In this document: positions 29,078-39,881 of the stretch, one piece after another | Numbering within the stretch: position 1 is the stretch's first letter | Layout of the letters: every line of letters begins with the position of its first letter | NCBI GenBank assembly: GCA_963664395.2 | Contig: OY761159.2 | Coordinates: 1,216,001-1,280,000 of the forward strand | Length of the DNA stretch: 64,000 nt | From: Candidatus Binatia bacterium | Lineage (GTDB): Bacteria > Desulfobacterota > Binatia > Bin18 | Direction of reading: 5' to 3' | The notes under the pieces: generated by a model | What the model was told of the DNA's origin: nothing | What the model saw: the letters and a program-made list of their open reading frames with translations, nothing else | The model's database searches: none | Translations under genes and position numbers: made by a program

Positions 29078-30112
29078 CTACTGATTTGTCCCCGCAACAT
29101 CTGCCATCAGAGCTAACGCTTCAGGCTGACTCGACTGGACCATCATGGTTGAAACACCAGCGTCTTCCCAGATTTTGAAACGCTCGCGAATCCGCTCCGG
29201 CGGGCCGCACAATGAGATTTCGTCGCACAGCTCATCCGGGACCAGCTCGGTCGCCTCTTTTTTCCGGCCGGACAGATAGAGGTCCTGGATCTCAGCCGCC
29301 GCGTCGGCATAGCCGTACTTCGAGACCATCTCATTATGGAAATTCCGGCCTTTGGCTCCCATACCACCGACGTACAGCGCCAGGGTTGGCTTGAGTTGGG
29401 CCAGGCAGGCTTTGACATCGTCTCCGATCACCACGGTACAACCGGCCAGAACCTCGAAGTTCTCCAGCGACTTGCCGTTGCCGGCCTTCGCAAAACCTTT
29501 CTCCAGATCGGGCGTGAACATATCCATCCGATAGGGTGAAAACCAGATCGGCAGCCAGCCATCGGCGAGTTCGGCCGTGATGCGGATGCTGAGCGGCTTC
29601 ATGGTTGCCAGGTAAACGGGCAGGCGGCGTGAGTGCAGGATCGACTTGAGGGGTTTGCCCAACCCGCTGGCGTCTTCGCCCTGATAGGGCAGTTGATACA
29701 CCTTGCCGTCTAACGAGACCGGCTCCTTACGGTCCCAAATCTTGTGCAGGATTTCAACGTACTCGCGAATGCGGGCGGCCGGTCGGCTGTAGGGCATGCC
29801 GTGCCAGCCTTCGATGACCTGCGGGCCGGACATACCCAGGCCGACAATCACCCGTCCGTTCGACAGGGCATCCAGGGTTGACATGGTCATGGCACACATC
29901 GCCGGCGTGCGGGCTGGAATCTGGAGAATGCCGGTGCCGAGTTTTATGCGCGAGGTCTTGGCCGCCAGATAGGCCAGCGGCGTCACCGCGTCGGAGCCAT
30001 ACGCCTCCGCACTCCAGACTGAGTCATAGCCCAGTTTTTCCGCCTCCAGAATCATATCCATGGGTAGCTCGACCTTGCCGCCAGAATAGCCAATACCAAT
30101 TGCAAGTTTCAT
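29078..30112 (-). CDS. LLM class F420-dependent oxidoreductase
   Basis: GYDSVWSAEAYGSDA, ARTPAMCAM, SGPQVIEGWHG, YVGGMGAKGRNFHN. Confidence 0.92.
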   Translation of the reverse strand: MKLAIGIGYSGGKVELPMDMILEAEKLGYDSVWSAEAYGSDAVTPLAYLAAKTSRIKLGTGILQIPARTPAMCAMTMSTLDALSNGRVIVGLGMSGPQVIEGWHGMPYSRPAARIREYVEILHKIWDRKEPVSLDGKVYQLPYQGEDASGLGKPLKSILHSRRLPVYLATMKPLSIRITAELADGWLPIWFSPYRMDMFTPDLEKGFAKAGNGKSLENFEVLAGCTVVIGDDVKACLAQLKPTLALYVGGMGAKGRNFHNEMVSKYGYADAAAEIQDLYLSGRKKEATELVPDELCDEISLCGPPERIRERFKIWEDAGVSTMMVQSSQPEALALMADVAGTNQ

Positions 30113-30168
30113 GAGGACTCCTTCCTTACAAGGGACTGTTTATATCGAACTGCCGGACGTGCGGCTAC

Positions 30169-31158
30169 TCAGGCGTTGCGCAGGGCTGCCGCTACTCGTC
30201 CATAGTCTTCAAGGCGCGGCAGGATGAGTGGCAGGTCAACTCCAGCCGCCCGATATTCGGCAATGCGCTGTTTGCATTGCTCTTCCGAACCGATGAGATA
30301 AAAAGACTCGACCATCTGGTCAGTGATGAGTTTTACCGCGTCTTTCCCTTCGTCTTTGGCATACGACTCTCGCAAGGGTTCGAGAATGGAGACATCGAAG
30401 CCGCCTTTTTCGAGCAGGATCTCACCGACATAGGCTTCGTCGAGAAGGCGGACGATACGCTTTTTGAGAGTCGGCATCATCCGCTGTGGATCATCGGTCA
30501 ACCGAATGACCAGCATGCAGGCAATATCGATGGACTGGGGATCACGGCCGGCCTCTTGGGCCGCGCTGCGGACCTCTTCAACTGCGTATGCGACATAGGA
30601 CGGTGGAACATAGGCGTTCAACAACACGCCATCGGCAATCGCACCAGCCAGACGTAGCCCTTTTTTTCCAATCGCAGCAAGATAGATAGGCAGATTTTGC
30701 TGAATCGGCGTGGTGGCCAGACGGGCGTTCCTGAGCGTAAACGGTCCGGCCGTGTCCGACACCCGTTCCCCGGACAGCAGCCGTCTCAGCAGAGAGACGC
30801 TACCCCGCATGGCGGCCTGTGCGTTGCCGTAGGCCATGCCCATCTTGCCTTGAATCACCTCGCGTTCACTGCGACCCATTCCCAACACGAAGCGGCCGCC
30901 CGTAATCCGGTCCAGCGTTGCCGCTGCCATAGCGAGTAAAGCGGGATTTCGTGTGTACGGGTTTGTGACGCCCACGCCGAGCTTAATCCTCTCGGTCGCC
31001 GCCCCGAGATAGCCGAGTAGAGAGAATATCTCCTCGTGGAAATAGCGCTCCGTGACCCACAGGGATTCATAGCCGGCGTTTTCTGCAATCTGTCCGTATT
31101 GCTTCAGTTCGGGGCCACTCTGGATGCCGTGGTAGAGGACGAGGCCTGATCGACTCAT
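30169..31158 (-). CDS. LLM class oxidoreductase (Mer-like)
   Basis: GYESLWVTE, GVTNPYTRNP, PIYLAAIG..GLRLAGAIADG. Confidence 0.88.
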   Translation of the reverse strand: MSRSGLVLYHGIQSGPELKQYGQIAENAGYESLWVTERYFHEEIFSLLGYLGAATERIKLGVGVTNPYTRNPALLAMAAATLDRITGGRFVLGMGRSEREVIQGKMGMAYGNAQAAMRGSVSLLRRLLSGERVSDTAGPFTLRNARLATTPIQQNLPIYLAAIGKKGLRLAGAIADGVLLNAYVPPSYVAYAVEEVRSAAQEAGRDPQSIDIACMLVIRLTDDPQRMMPTLKKRIVRLLDEAYVGEILLEKGGFDVSILEPLRESYAKDEGKDAVKLITDQMVESFYLIGSEEQCKQRIAEYRAAGVDLPLILPRLEDYGRVAAALRNA

Positions 31159-31171
31159 AATCCGCTCCGTT

Positions 31172-32203
31172 CTAGGCTTGCTTCCGGGCGACAAACGTCC
31201 AATACGTCGGCACGATATCCGGATTCTCTTGGCTAACGCTGAATCCGGTCTCGTGCAGCATGGCGAGAATATCACTCCGGGTGTTGACGATATTCCCCCA
31301 GGTGACCTCGAACCATTGCTCCAGGATACTCATGGTAAAGCGTCGGTCGTGGACATCGGCGCCCGTTTCCGGGGCACACCGATCGACCAACAGCAAGCTG
31401 CCGCCGGGCTTGAGCGCCCGTTGGCAGGCACGCAGGATGTCAACTTTTTTTGCGTCGGGAAGCTCGTGAAAAACCTGGACCATAGTGATGAGATCAAATT
31501 CATTCTCAAAGGACAGGGCTTCCCCACCAACTGAAAGCACGTCTACCCGGTCGCCGAGCCCTTTCTCCTGAAGCAGCTTCCGGGAGGCTTGCACAAAATA
31601 GGGCAGAGGCTCGATGCCGGTCACGCGGCAGTTTACGAATTCCTGGGCAAAGCGCGCGATCACGGTGCCACTCCCGGAGCCGATATCCATGACCCGCCCG
31701 CCGGCCCCGAGTCGCTCTTCCATCCCAGGCAGTTTACGGGCAGCCGCCACCACGACTGGCGCCCGCAGGGCCGAGACTTTGCCCTGCTGGTGAAAGAAAT
31801 CTTCATCATGGTCGTGAAAGGTTTTCAGCGCCCCGGTCCGAAAGGCATCAGGATAGGCTGGAAAGTCCCGCGACAGGCTGGCCAGGACATGCGTGGTCAG
31901 CAACTCGGGAGCTTCGTCGCCAAGTAATTCGTCCATAAACGGCGCAAAGGTGAACCGCGTATCCCCGTCAGCTTGGAGTACCCCAACGGCACACGCGGCC
32001 TGACACCAGACCTTTGTCCGCCAGGGGTCGAGTTCCAGGGTCTCAGCTAATTCTTCAGCCGAGACTGTGCCGCCGCGCCGCCGCATCTCGGAAAAATAGC
32101 CCAGCCGCCCGCCAATGTCGGTAATATGCGTAGCGTGCAGGCCGAGCATCCAACTCCGTATCATCCGAGCCTGGCTATTTTTTGTTATTTCTTTGTTGGA
32201 CAT
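31172..32203 (-). CDS. Class I SAM-dependent methyltransferase with N-terminal wHTH
   Basis: VMDIGSGSG, FDLI...VFHE, LKPGGSLLLVD. Confidence 0.85.
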   Translation of the reverse strand: MSNKEITKNSQARMIRSWMLGLHATHITDIGGRLGYFSEMRRRGGTVSAEELAETLELDPWRTKVWCQAACAVGVLQADGDTRFTFAPFMDELLGDEAPELLTTHVLASLSRDFPAYPDAFRTGALKTFHDHDEDFFHQQGKVSALRAPVVVAAARKLPGMEERLGAGGRVMDIGSGSGTVIARFAQEFVNCRVTGIEPLPYFVQASRKLLQEKGLGDRVDVLSVGGEALSFENEFDLITMVQVFHELPDAKKVDILRACQRALKPGGSLLLVDRCAPETGADVHDRRFTMSILEQWFEVTWGNIVNTRSDILAMLHETGFSVSQENPDIVPTYWTFVARKQA

Positions 32204-32212
32204 AGTTGATCC

Positions 32213-33016
32213 TTAGTTCTTGTGTTTCTGCAAAAATGTTACAATCGCCTCTCCCGACCGTGCCGGTTGTTCCACCCAAAACACATGACCGGCCGGTTCC
32301 AGGAGCACGAGTTCGGAATCGACAATATTTTCAGCCAGAAGTTTTGAATTCTTCCAGGCTATCAAGGCATCGTCTTTCCCCGTAATCACCAAGGTCGGAC
32401 ACGTAATGTGGGATAGACGGTCGAACGTATTATGCGCATAGGCCGCTTGCATGCGACGCGCAAACCCGACCGGGTCGAGTGGCTGCTTTTTACGGGCTTC
32501 AATCAATGCCGGGATAAGCTCAGGATGTTGTTCAATATAGCCCTTCGTAAATGCGGTTTCGGCCAGCGCCCGACCACGCTCTTCCGCGGAGAGCGCGGCT
32601 GTTGAATGGGAACTCTGGATAGCCCCCCCCTCCAGACTGATGGCTTGGGGGCCACCGGGGGTGGTGCAGCCCAGCACCAGGGAGCGGACAGCAGCTCCGT
32701 GCCGAATGGCCAGTTCCTGGGCAATCATACCGCCCATTGAGACGCCATACACATGCGCGGACGAGAAACCAACATGCTCCATGAGCGCGGCGGTATCATC
32801 GGCAATCATACCTATCGTATATTCGATGTCCGGCTTTTCACTCTGGCCTGAGCCGCGTTGATCGAAGATGAGGACCTGAAATTGATCCATGAAATCCGGC
32901 AGCAGATTGGCAAAGATGCTCCGGTCGCTTTGCGCCCCGTGGATGAGAACAAGTGGTTGGCCTGCCCCGTGGAGTTCGTAGGCCAGGTTGACACCATTGA
33001 CCCGTGCAGCGTGCAT
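32213..33016 (-). CDS. Alpha/beta hydrolase
   Basis: LIHG, FDQRGSGQS, GVSMGG, AGH. Confidence 0.88.
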   Translation of the reverse strand: MHAARVNGVNLAYELHGAGQPLVLIHGAQSDRSIFANLLPDFMDQFQVLIFDQRGSGQSEKPDIEYTIGMIADDTAALMEHVGFSSAHVYGVSMGGMIAQELAIRHGAAVRSLVLGCTTPGGPQAISLEGGAIQSSHSTAALSAEERGRALAETAFTKGYIEQHPELIPALIEARKKQPLDPVGFARRMQAAYAHNTFDRLSHITCPTLVITGKDDALIAWKNSKLLAENIVDSELVLLEPAGHVFWVEQPARSGEAIVTFLQKHKN

Positions 33017-33036
33017 AACACCTCCTGATTATCCGG

Positions 33037-34335
33037 CTAGGGCGTCTGGGGGAACGCCGCCGGTTTTTTTATAAAACATAACAGAACCGCGCCTAAAAGA
33101 TTGAAGAGCGCACTCATGAGAAAGGCGATTTCGTAACTGCCGTACACATCGTGCAGATAGCCTGCGGCTATGGGGCCAAACGCCGCCATGGAACCGGCCA
33201 AGGAAAAAATGAAGCCGACGATCGCCCCAACCGCCAGACGCCCGTAGAAGTCGCCGACGATCGCCGGGAACAGCGCCGTTGTCCCACCATACGAAAAACC
33301 GAACAGCGCGGCAGACGGGTAGAGCAAAGAGAGGCCGGCGCTGATCGCCAGGCCGAAGAACGCCACGGCTTCCAAAGTCAGACAGATTCCTAGCGTCAGC
33401 AGGCGGCCATAACGGTCGGACAGCGGTCCGGTAATCAGGCGTCCGGCGAAACCGGCCAAGCCGATAACGCTGATCAACGTTGCGGCGGTCACCTGCGATA
33501 TGCCCAGGTCTACGGCAAAGGGTACGATGTGGACCACCGGCATGAAAACAACCAGCCAGGTCATCGTAAAAACAGCGACCAGCATCCAGAAGGACACAGT
33601 CCGGCGAGCGGATGCAAGCGTCCATTCATCGCGTGGGTCGAGTGAGGGACGTGGACTGGAGAGCGCCTCCCCTGATAATAAAACGGGTTGGAGGCCGTCC
33701 GGGTAAAGGCCCAGGCGTTCAGGGTCACGTATAGTGAAGAAGGCACCCAACACAATGAGCGCCATCCCGCCGAGCCCAAGGAGCAGGTAGGAGGTCCGCC
33801 AGCCATAGAGCGTAATCAGGGTTGCGGCCAGCGGCGGAATTAAGAAATTGCCAAAGCTCGCCCCACTCGTACTCATGCTGAGCGCCAAACCGCGGCGCTG
33901 AGTAAACCACCGCACCACGGTCGCATTACACGGCACAAAGGCGGCACTCATGCCGAGCGCGGCAATACCGCCGAGAAAGACGTAGAGTTGCCACAGGGCG
34001 TGAACCTGACTCATCAGCATCACCCCGCTCCCCAATAAGACGCCCCCGACCCCAACCACCAGACGCGGCCCCCAGCGATCGGTACACACGCCGGTTACAA
34101 TCCCGAGGCCGCTATAGATAAACACGTACACCGAATAGGCGAGAGACAAACTCGTCCGTCCCCAACCCATCTCCGCTGAGATTTCCGGCATGAAAACGCC
34201 GTACGAAAACTGAATCCCGTACGCGGCGGACAACACCGTGAAAGAACACGCGACGATCACCCAGCCATAAAAGAATTGCGGCTGGCTGGCCGGCACGAGG
34301 TCGGCTGGGAGCTTCACCGGTTCAATGACGCGCAT
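33037..34335 (-). CDS. MFS transporter (OFA/MCT-like)
   Basis: FYGWVIV, DRWGPR, RWFTQRRGLA, about 12 TM. Confidence 0.9.
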   Translation of the reverse strand: MRVIEPVKLPADLVPASQPQFFYGWVIVACSFTVLSAAYGIQFSYGVFMPEISAEMGWGRTSLSLAYSVYVFIYSGLGIVTGVCTDRWGPRLVVGVGGVLLGSGVMLMSQVHALWQLYVFLGGIAALGMSAAFVPCNATVVRWFTQRRGLALSMSTSGASFGNFLIPPLAATLITLYGWRTSYLLLGLGGMALIVLGAFFTIRDPERLGLYPDGLQPVLLSGEALSSPRPSLDPRDEWTLASARRTVSFWMLVAVFTMTWLVVFMPVVHIVPFAVDLGISQVTAATLISVIGLAGFAGRLITGPLSDRYGRLLTLGICLTLEAVAFFGLAISAGLSLLYPSAALFGFSYGGTTALFPAIVGDFYGRLAVGAIVGFIFSLAGSMAAFGPIAAGYLHDVYGSYEIAFLMSALFNLLGAVLLCFIKKPAAFPQTP

Positions 34336-34432
34336 TGCCTCGCAGTATCCGGGGCGGGCGATGCCGGGTCAAGAGAGCGCTGGCTAGCGCCAGGCCGCGA
34401 GGCAATCTGACAGGGGGGGGACGGCAGGGCGA

Positions 34433-35647
34433 TTACAGCCCTAACGCTTTGGCAATGTTTACGCGCTGAATTTCATCCGTGCCACCGGGAATACGCAGGT
34501 TACGCGCAATACGGAATATTTTTTCAATCCCGGACTCTTTCATCAAGCCATGCGCCCCGTGCAATTGGACGGCTCTATCGGCCACACGATACAGCGCTTC
34601 GTCGCAGAAGACTTTGAGCGCACACACCGTTTTGATGAGTTGTGGATCGACCTTGAGCGCCCACAAATTCCCCTGGTCGGCCTGCCACAGACTTTGGAGC
34701 GACAGGCTCCGCATGGCTTGGACGTCCAAGTAGGAATCGACCACCATCCACTGTAAGGCTTGAAACCGACTCAGCGGTCCACCGAACGCGTGCCGGTTCT
34801 TGATATAATCGCTACAGCGGTCGAGCAGGTATTGTCCCAGTCCGGTACACATGCCCCCACGCCGGACGCGAATCCAGTTGATCATCCCCATGCTGAGGTA
34901 AAAGCCCTGACCTTCTTCCCCCCACATCTGGTCCGCTGAGAGCTGGCAGTTCTCGAACCGGAGTTCACCGGTCATGCCGTCATCCATAATGGTCCGGTAC
35001 GTCCGGCCGCTGGTCAGCCCAGGGTTGTCTCGTTCAACGATAAAGGCCGTTGCGCCGGCTCCCCCTTTGCTCGGGTCGTGCAGCGCACAGACAAAGATCA
35101 GGTCGGCGTACTGCGCATTGGTAATATATGCCTTGGTGCCATTCACCACCCAGGTGTCGCCGTGTCTTTCGGCCCGGGTCTGCATGCCAAGCACGTCGGA
35201 TCCACCTCGGTATTCGGTGATGGCATAGGCGCCGGTTGTTTCGCCTCGGACCAGAGGCAACAGGTATTTCTGCTGCTGCTCCTCAGTCAGAAACATCAGC
35301 ATATGATTGGGTCCTTCTGTCCAGGACAACATCCACTGCGCGACCCCAATGCCATGCTGATAGACGGCCTCATGAACAAAAAACATGTCGGTCAGACTCA
35401 ACCCACCACCGCCGACTTCTTTGGGCATATGCAGCGCATAGAATCCCTGCTCCGCGGACCGTCTGCGAATCGTCTGCTGGGCGGTCAGCACTTCGGGAGC
35501 AAGCCGGCCATCTTCACGCAGATAGAGATGCTCGTTGGTGAGGTGCGCGGCAAGACTGTGCTCAATGGGAGTGATATCGTTTTCAATAAAGCGGTGAATA
35601 TCACGCACAGTCTGCTCGACGTGGGCTGGCGGGGAGAAATCAATCAT
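34433..35647 (-). CDS. Acyl-CoA dehydrogenase family protein
   Basis: AITEYRGGSD, VNGTKAYITNA, RHAFGGPL, RIPGGTDEIQR. Confidence 0.88.
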   Translation of the reverse strand: MIDFSPPAHVEQTVRDIHRFIENDITPIEHSLAAHLTNEHLYLREDGRLAPEVLTAQQTIRRRSAEQGFYALHMPKEVGGGGLSLTDMFFVHEAVYQHGIGVAQWMLSWTEGPNHMLMFLTEEQQQKYLLPLVRGETTGAYAITEYRGGSDVLGMQTRAERHGDTWVVNGTKAYITNAQYADLIFVCALHDPSKGGAGATAFIVERDNPGLTSGRTYRTIMDDGMTGELRFENCQLSADQMWGEEGQGFYLSMGMINWIRVRRGGMCTGLGQYLLDRCSDYIKNRHAFGGPLSRFQALQWMVVDSYLDVQAMRSLSLQSLWQADQGNLWALKVDPQLIKTVCALKVFCDEALYRVADRAVQLHGAHGLMKESGIEKIFRIARNLRIPGGTDEIQRVNIAKALGL

Positions 35648-35724
35648 ACGCCCGTTCGTAATAGATTCCGGTAGGAAACGCTATCCCGTCCCAGGACAGC
35701 AAATAGCAAAGAATAAAAAGACGC

Positions 35725-35749
35725 AAAAAAAGGGGGCCATGCGGCCCCC
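35725..35749 (-). terminator. Rho-independent terminator after groEL
   Basis: Minus strand GGGGGCC-GCAT-GGCCCCC followed by T7. Confidence 0.8.
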
Positions 35750-35805
35750 GGCGGATCGATTTTCAGCAGGCGGGGAATATAGCATCCCCCCTGCAGCGTT
35801 CCAGC

Positions 35806-37437
35806 TTAGTAGTCATCCATGTCGTGATCGTGGTCATGACCATCCATCCCGGCCTGGGGCCTTTCGGGTTTCTCGGCAACCGCCGCTTCGGTGGTCAACA
35901 TCAAGCCGGACACGCTCGCCGCATTTTGGAGCGCGATCCGGACAACCTTTGTGGAATCAATCACACCGGCTTTGAACAAGTTCTCGTACTCACCTGATGC
36001 AGCATTAAAGCCGGCATCACCGGTCTTATTTTTGATCTGAGCAAGCACCACCGGAGCGTCCAGGCCGGCATTGCTAACGATTTGTCGAATGGGCTCTTCA
36101 ATCGCTCTGCGCACGATCTTCACGCCCGCGTCCCGGTCATCGTTGAACGCAAGTTCGTCCAGTTTGGATTGCGCCCGAATCAGCGCAACGCCCCCGCCGG
36201 GAACGATCCCTTCTTCCGCCGCCGACTTGGTGGCATGCAGGGCATCGTCCACGCGCGCCTTGCGTTCTTTCATCTCGACTTCAGTTGAAGCTCCGACCTT
36301 AATAATCGCCACCCCACCGGAGAGCTTGGCGAGACGTTCCTGGAGCTTTTCCCGATCATAATCTGACGTCGTTTCCGCAATCTGGGCACGAATCTGATCC
36401 ACGCGCGCGGTCAGGTCCTTTTTCTTGCCCGCACCATCCACAATGGTGGTATTGTCCTTGTCCATAATGACGCGCTGACAGCGACCCAAGTCTGCCAGAT
36501 CAAGGCTTTCGAGCTTCATGCCCAACTCTTCGGCAACCACCCGTCCGCCGGTGAGGATGGCAATGTCCTCCAACATGGCTTTCCGCCGGTCCCCAAAACC
36601 CGGTGCTTTCACCGCAGCGCAGTTCAGGGTCCCCCGAATCTTATTCACCACCAGGGCCGCCAGCGCTTCGCCTTCAATATCCTCAGCAATGATCACCAAC
36701 GGTTTACCGCTCTGCGCAATTTTCTCCAGCAGAGGGACGAGTTCCTGCATATTCGAGAGTTTTTTCTCATGGAGTAAAATGTAGGGATCTTCGACTTCTC
36801 CAACCATCCGCTCTTGATCCGTAACGAAATACGGGGAGAGAAAACCACGATCAAACTGCATCCCCTCAACAACGTCCAGAACCGTTTCCAGCCCTTTGCC
36901 CTCTTCAATAGTGATGACGCCCTCTTGGCCAACCCGCTCCATGGCTTCGGCCATGATATCGCCTATTTGGGTGTCACCGTTGGCCGCAATCGTTCCGACC
37001 TGAGCTACTTGCTCTCTTCCTCTGACCTTACGGCTCTGTCCTTGTACACCCTCGACGACTTTTTCGACTGCGGCATCAATACCACGCTTGAGGGACATGG
37101 GGTCAAACCCGGCCACCTCGAGACGCAGCCCTTCGGTGAGAATGGCCCGAGACAGGATGGTCGCCGTCGTTGTTCCGTCCCCGGCCGTATCAGCGGTTTT
37201 GGTGGCAACCTCGCGGATCAGCTTGGCTCCCATATTTTCAAACTTGTCCTCGAGTTCGATCTCTTTCACAACGGTCACACCGTCTTTGGTGACAACCGGC
37301 GCACCAAAACTTTTCTCCAACAGGACGTTGCGCCCCCGGGGGCCGAGGGTCACTTGCGTTGCATCCGCTATCAGGTTGACACCCCTGAGAATCCCTTCCC
37401 GGGACTTTTCATGTAAATGAACTACTTTACTCGCCAT
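35806..37437 (-). CDS. groEL: Chaperonin GroEL (His/Asp-tailed, no adjacent groES)
   Basis: [37 protein letters not shown]. Confidence 0.97.
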   Translation of the reverse strand: MASKVVHLHEKSREGILRGVNLIADATQVTLGPRGRNVLLEKSFGAPVVTKDGVTVVKEIELEDKFENMGAKLIREVATKTADTAGDGTTTATILSRAILTEGLRLEVAGFDPMSLKRGIDAAVEKVVEGVQGQSRKVRGREQVAQVGTIAANGDTQIGDIMAEAMERVGQEGVITIEEGKGLETVLDVVEGMQFDRGFLSPYFVTDQERMVGEVEDPYILLHEKKLSNMQELVPLLEKIAQSGKPLVIIAEDIEGEALAALVVNKIRGTLNCAAVKAPGFGDRRKAMLEDIAILTGGRVVAEELGMKLESLDLADLGRCQRVIMDKDNTTIVDGAGKKKDLTARVDQIRAQIAETTSDYDREKLQERLAKLSGGVAIIKVGASTEVEMKERKARVDDALHATKSAAEEGIVPGGGVALIRAQSKLDELAFNDDRDAGVKIVRRAIEEPIRQIVSNAGLDAPVVLAQIKNKTGDAGFNAASGEYENLFKAGVIDSTKVVRIALQNAASVSGLMLTTEAAVAEKPERPQAGMDGHDHDHDMDDY

Positions 37438-37544
37438 ACAACCGATCTCCTTTCATGCATCTCGTGGTCAGTGTTTCGTATTACGCAAGGGAAACGTAAG
37501 CATCTTTCCTCGAAATGCAAGCATGTGCGACGAGTTCTACGCTG

Positions 37545-38711
37545 TTATCGACGGGTGTGCGCCCATTGAGCCTGAGGGATATCATCCGGACTGACTGCCG
37601 GGATTGTCGCTAAGGTCTGTTTCCCACGGCGGACAACGACCTCGCCAAGGACTTGATTGCGAAGAATCGGGGCTGCTACTTGTGTGGGCAGTTGGAGGGA
37701 AATGGAAACGGCTTCAACGTCGTCTTTTCGTACCAACGGTGCCGCTGTTGCTGCGGCAACTGGCTGAAAAGCTGACAGGCTTCCGTTCTCGACCCGCACC
37801 TCAACCCACAAAGGAGATCCACCTTCGATCAGTGGCAGTCGTGTAAAATTTGCGAATCCCCACTCAAGCAAATCCTCTGCAACGCGAAATCGCATTGCAC
37901 TGGTTTTCCCGCCGAAGACAATGGCAATAAGACGCAGTGAGCCCCTTTGAGCCGTAGTGACAAGATTAAAGCCCGCCTTTCTCGTAAAGCCGGTCTTGAG
38001 TCCATCGACCCCATAGGTGCGCCCAACCAGTCGGTTGGTATTCGGCAAATGCTTACGGCGCTTGCCGAATGGCATAGATGACTGCGAAGTCCACGTTAAA
38101 ACATGTTTATGACGCAAAAGTGCCCGAGCGAGAAGAGCGATATCGTCAGCCGGCGCTTTATCCGGAGCGCGATTGGTTTTGGTCGGCATTCCATTGACCG
38201 TGCGGTAGCGCGTCTGCCCCATCCCTAACTGCTGTGCGCGGGCGTTCATCCGCTGTACACATTGACTGACAGAGCCACATACGTGTTCGGCTATGGCAAC
38301 AGCAGCATCATTCGCGGAGGTGACAAGGACCGCCCGGAGCAGCTCTGCAAGTCGAAAGACTTGACCAGCCCGTAGGGAGATCGTTCGCCCTTTTGTCCGA
38401 CTCGCCCGCCGGCTAATAGTGACCCGGGTCTTAAGGCTGACCCGTCCTCTTTCAATTTCTTCAAAAACAATAAGCCCTAACATCATCTTTGTGAGAGAGG
38501 CTTGGGGCCATATTTTTTGGCTATTGTAGGAAAATAGCACTTGACCGGTCTGCGCGTCTTGTAAGAGAGCCGCTTCAAAATTTTTGGCAGCGGGCAGTTG
38601 AGGAAAGCGTTCGCTCCCTCCAAATGCGAGCGCTTTTTGTAGAGGGCCGCTCAGGAAGCTGCCGACACTAATGCAGACAAAAATACACCGCGCCCACCTG
38701 TATGATTGCAT
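37545..38711 (-). CDS. D-alanyl-D-alanine carboxypeptidase (PBP5/6, peptidase S11)
   Basis: ASLTK (SxxK), SAND (SxN), KTGFT; signal peptide. Confidence 0.92.
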   Translation of the reverse strand: MQSYRWARCIFVCISVGSFLSGPLQKALAFGGSERFPQLPAAKNFEAALLQDAQTGQVLFSYNSQKIWPQASLTKMMLGLIVFEEIERGRVSLKTRVTISRRASRTKGRTISLRAGQVFRLAELLRAVLVTSANDAAVAIAEHVCGSVSQCVQRMNARAQQLGMGQTRYRTVNGMPTKTNRAPDKAPADDIALLARALLRHKHVLTWTSQSSMPFGKRRKHLPNTNRLVGRTYGVDGLKTGFTRKAGFNLVTTAQRGSLRLIAIVFGGKTSAMRFRVAEDLLEWGFANFTRLPLIEGGSPLWVEVRVENGSLSAFQPVAAATAAPLVRKDDVEAVSISLQLPTQVAAPILRNQVLGEVVVRRGKQTLATIPAVSPDDIPQAQWAHTRR

Positions 38712-38899
38712 CCACCCCTCCTCATCCCCCGCGCATGGTCCTATATGTGGGGACATGGGCCTTTCTGGCCCATGAAAAAGTTCTAGTAGCCGATGCTAAC
38801 ATGTCGTCTAAGATACCGTCAACAAAAATCTTTTTCTTTCTCCCCGATGCTCGTCGCAGGCGGAGAGTAAAGCGAATTTCGGTACACAAGATGTTGTAC

Positions 38900-39289
38900 T
38901 TAGCGTATTTTAGCACTCAAGAGTTTGTGTAGGGATAGAATATCTCCATGAATGGCTGTCAGAACTTTTCGTTGATCTGAGCGGATGGGAAGGGGCACTT
39001 CGAGGTTCGCCTGGGAGAGAAGAAGAGACTCGCCTTCTCTCTCACCATCTTTTAGCCGCCTTTTGGCTCCTGCAATGGTGAACCCCTCTTCATACAGGAG
39101 ACGCTTAATATCGAGGAGGGTTTCGACATCACGACGGCGATATAATCGGTGGCGAGAAGGGGTTTTTCCAGGCTTGAGAATAGGGAATTCCGTTTCCCAA
39201 TACCGCAAGACGTAGGGCTTCACGCCAATAATCTTGGCGACTTCACCGATGCGGAAATAGAGCTTATTCGGGAACTCAACCGGGTCCAC
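38900..39289 (-). CDS. MerR-family HTH regulator (ihfA-associated)
   Basis: [32 protein letters not shown]. Confidence 0.92.
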   Translation of the reverse strand: MDPVEFPNKLYFRIGEVAKIIGVKPYVLRYWETEFPILKPGKTPSRHRLYRRRDVETLLDIKRLLYEEGFTIAGAKRRLKDGEREGESLLLSQANLEVPLPIRSDQRKVLTAIHGDILSLHKLLSAKIR

Positions 39290-39296
39290 GATACGC

Positions 39297-39584
39297 TCAG
39301 TCTTGGAGGAATAGGTTAATCGCCTTCTTCAAGACGGGGCTGGGTTTAAACGACAACACACGACGGCCAGATATAATAATTTCTTTACCTGTTTGCGGAT
39401 TTCGTCCTTTACGAGGATGTTTCTCGTTAATGACAAAATTCCCAAAGCTAGAGATTTTGACCTTCTCTCCCTTTTCAAGGTGACCCTTGATGATTTCAAA
39501 AATCGATTCAACCACGTCGGTCGCTTCTTTTTTTGAAAAGCCGACCTGCTCATAAATACGCTCAACAATGTCTGCTTTTGTCAT
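39297..39584 (-). CDS. ihfA: Integration host factor subunit alpha
   Basis: [35 protein letters not shown]. Confidence 0.92.
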   Translation of the reverse strand: MTKADIVERIYEQVGFSKKEATDVVESIFEIIKGHLEKGEKVKISSFGNFVINEKHPRKGRNPQTGKEIIISGRRVLSFKPSPVLKKAINLFLQD

Positions 39585-39881
39585 GGGAGTACCTCGCCAT
39601 AATCCTCCATCGGTAGGAGGCAAGGGGGCTTTCATCTGAAATCACACAGGCAAGCATCCATTGGTGTTCACCAGTCGCATATGCCGTCCCTCAGGCAGAG
39701 GATAAGAGACGCAAGATTGTGTAACACCAAGACAATACTACAAACGACAACGCTGCGAACATAATGGAGCTTCGTCTTGAAGTCAAGTTTGAGCGCTCTT
39801 TGAAAATAAGCAGGGTCGGGCTTTCAGCAAAGAAGAACCAACGATAGGATAAAGAATAAACACAGAGAAGGAGGGCAGACC

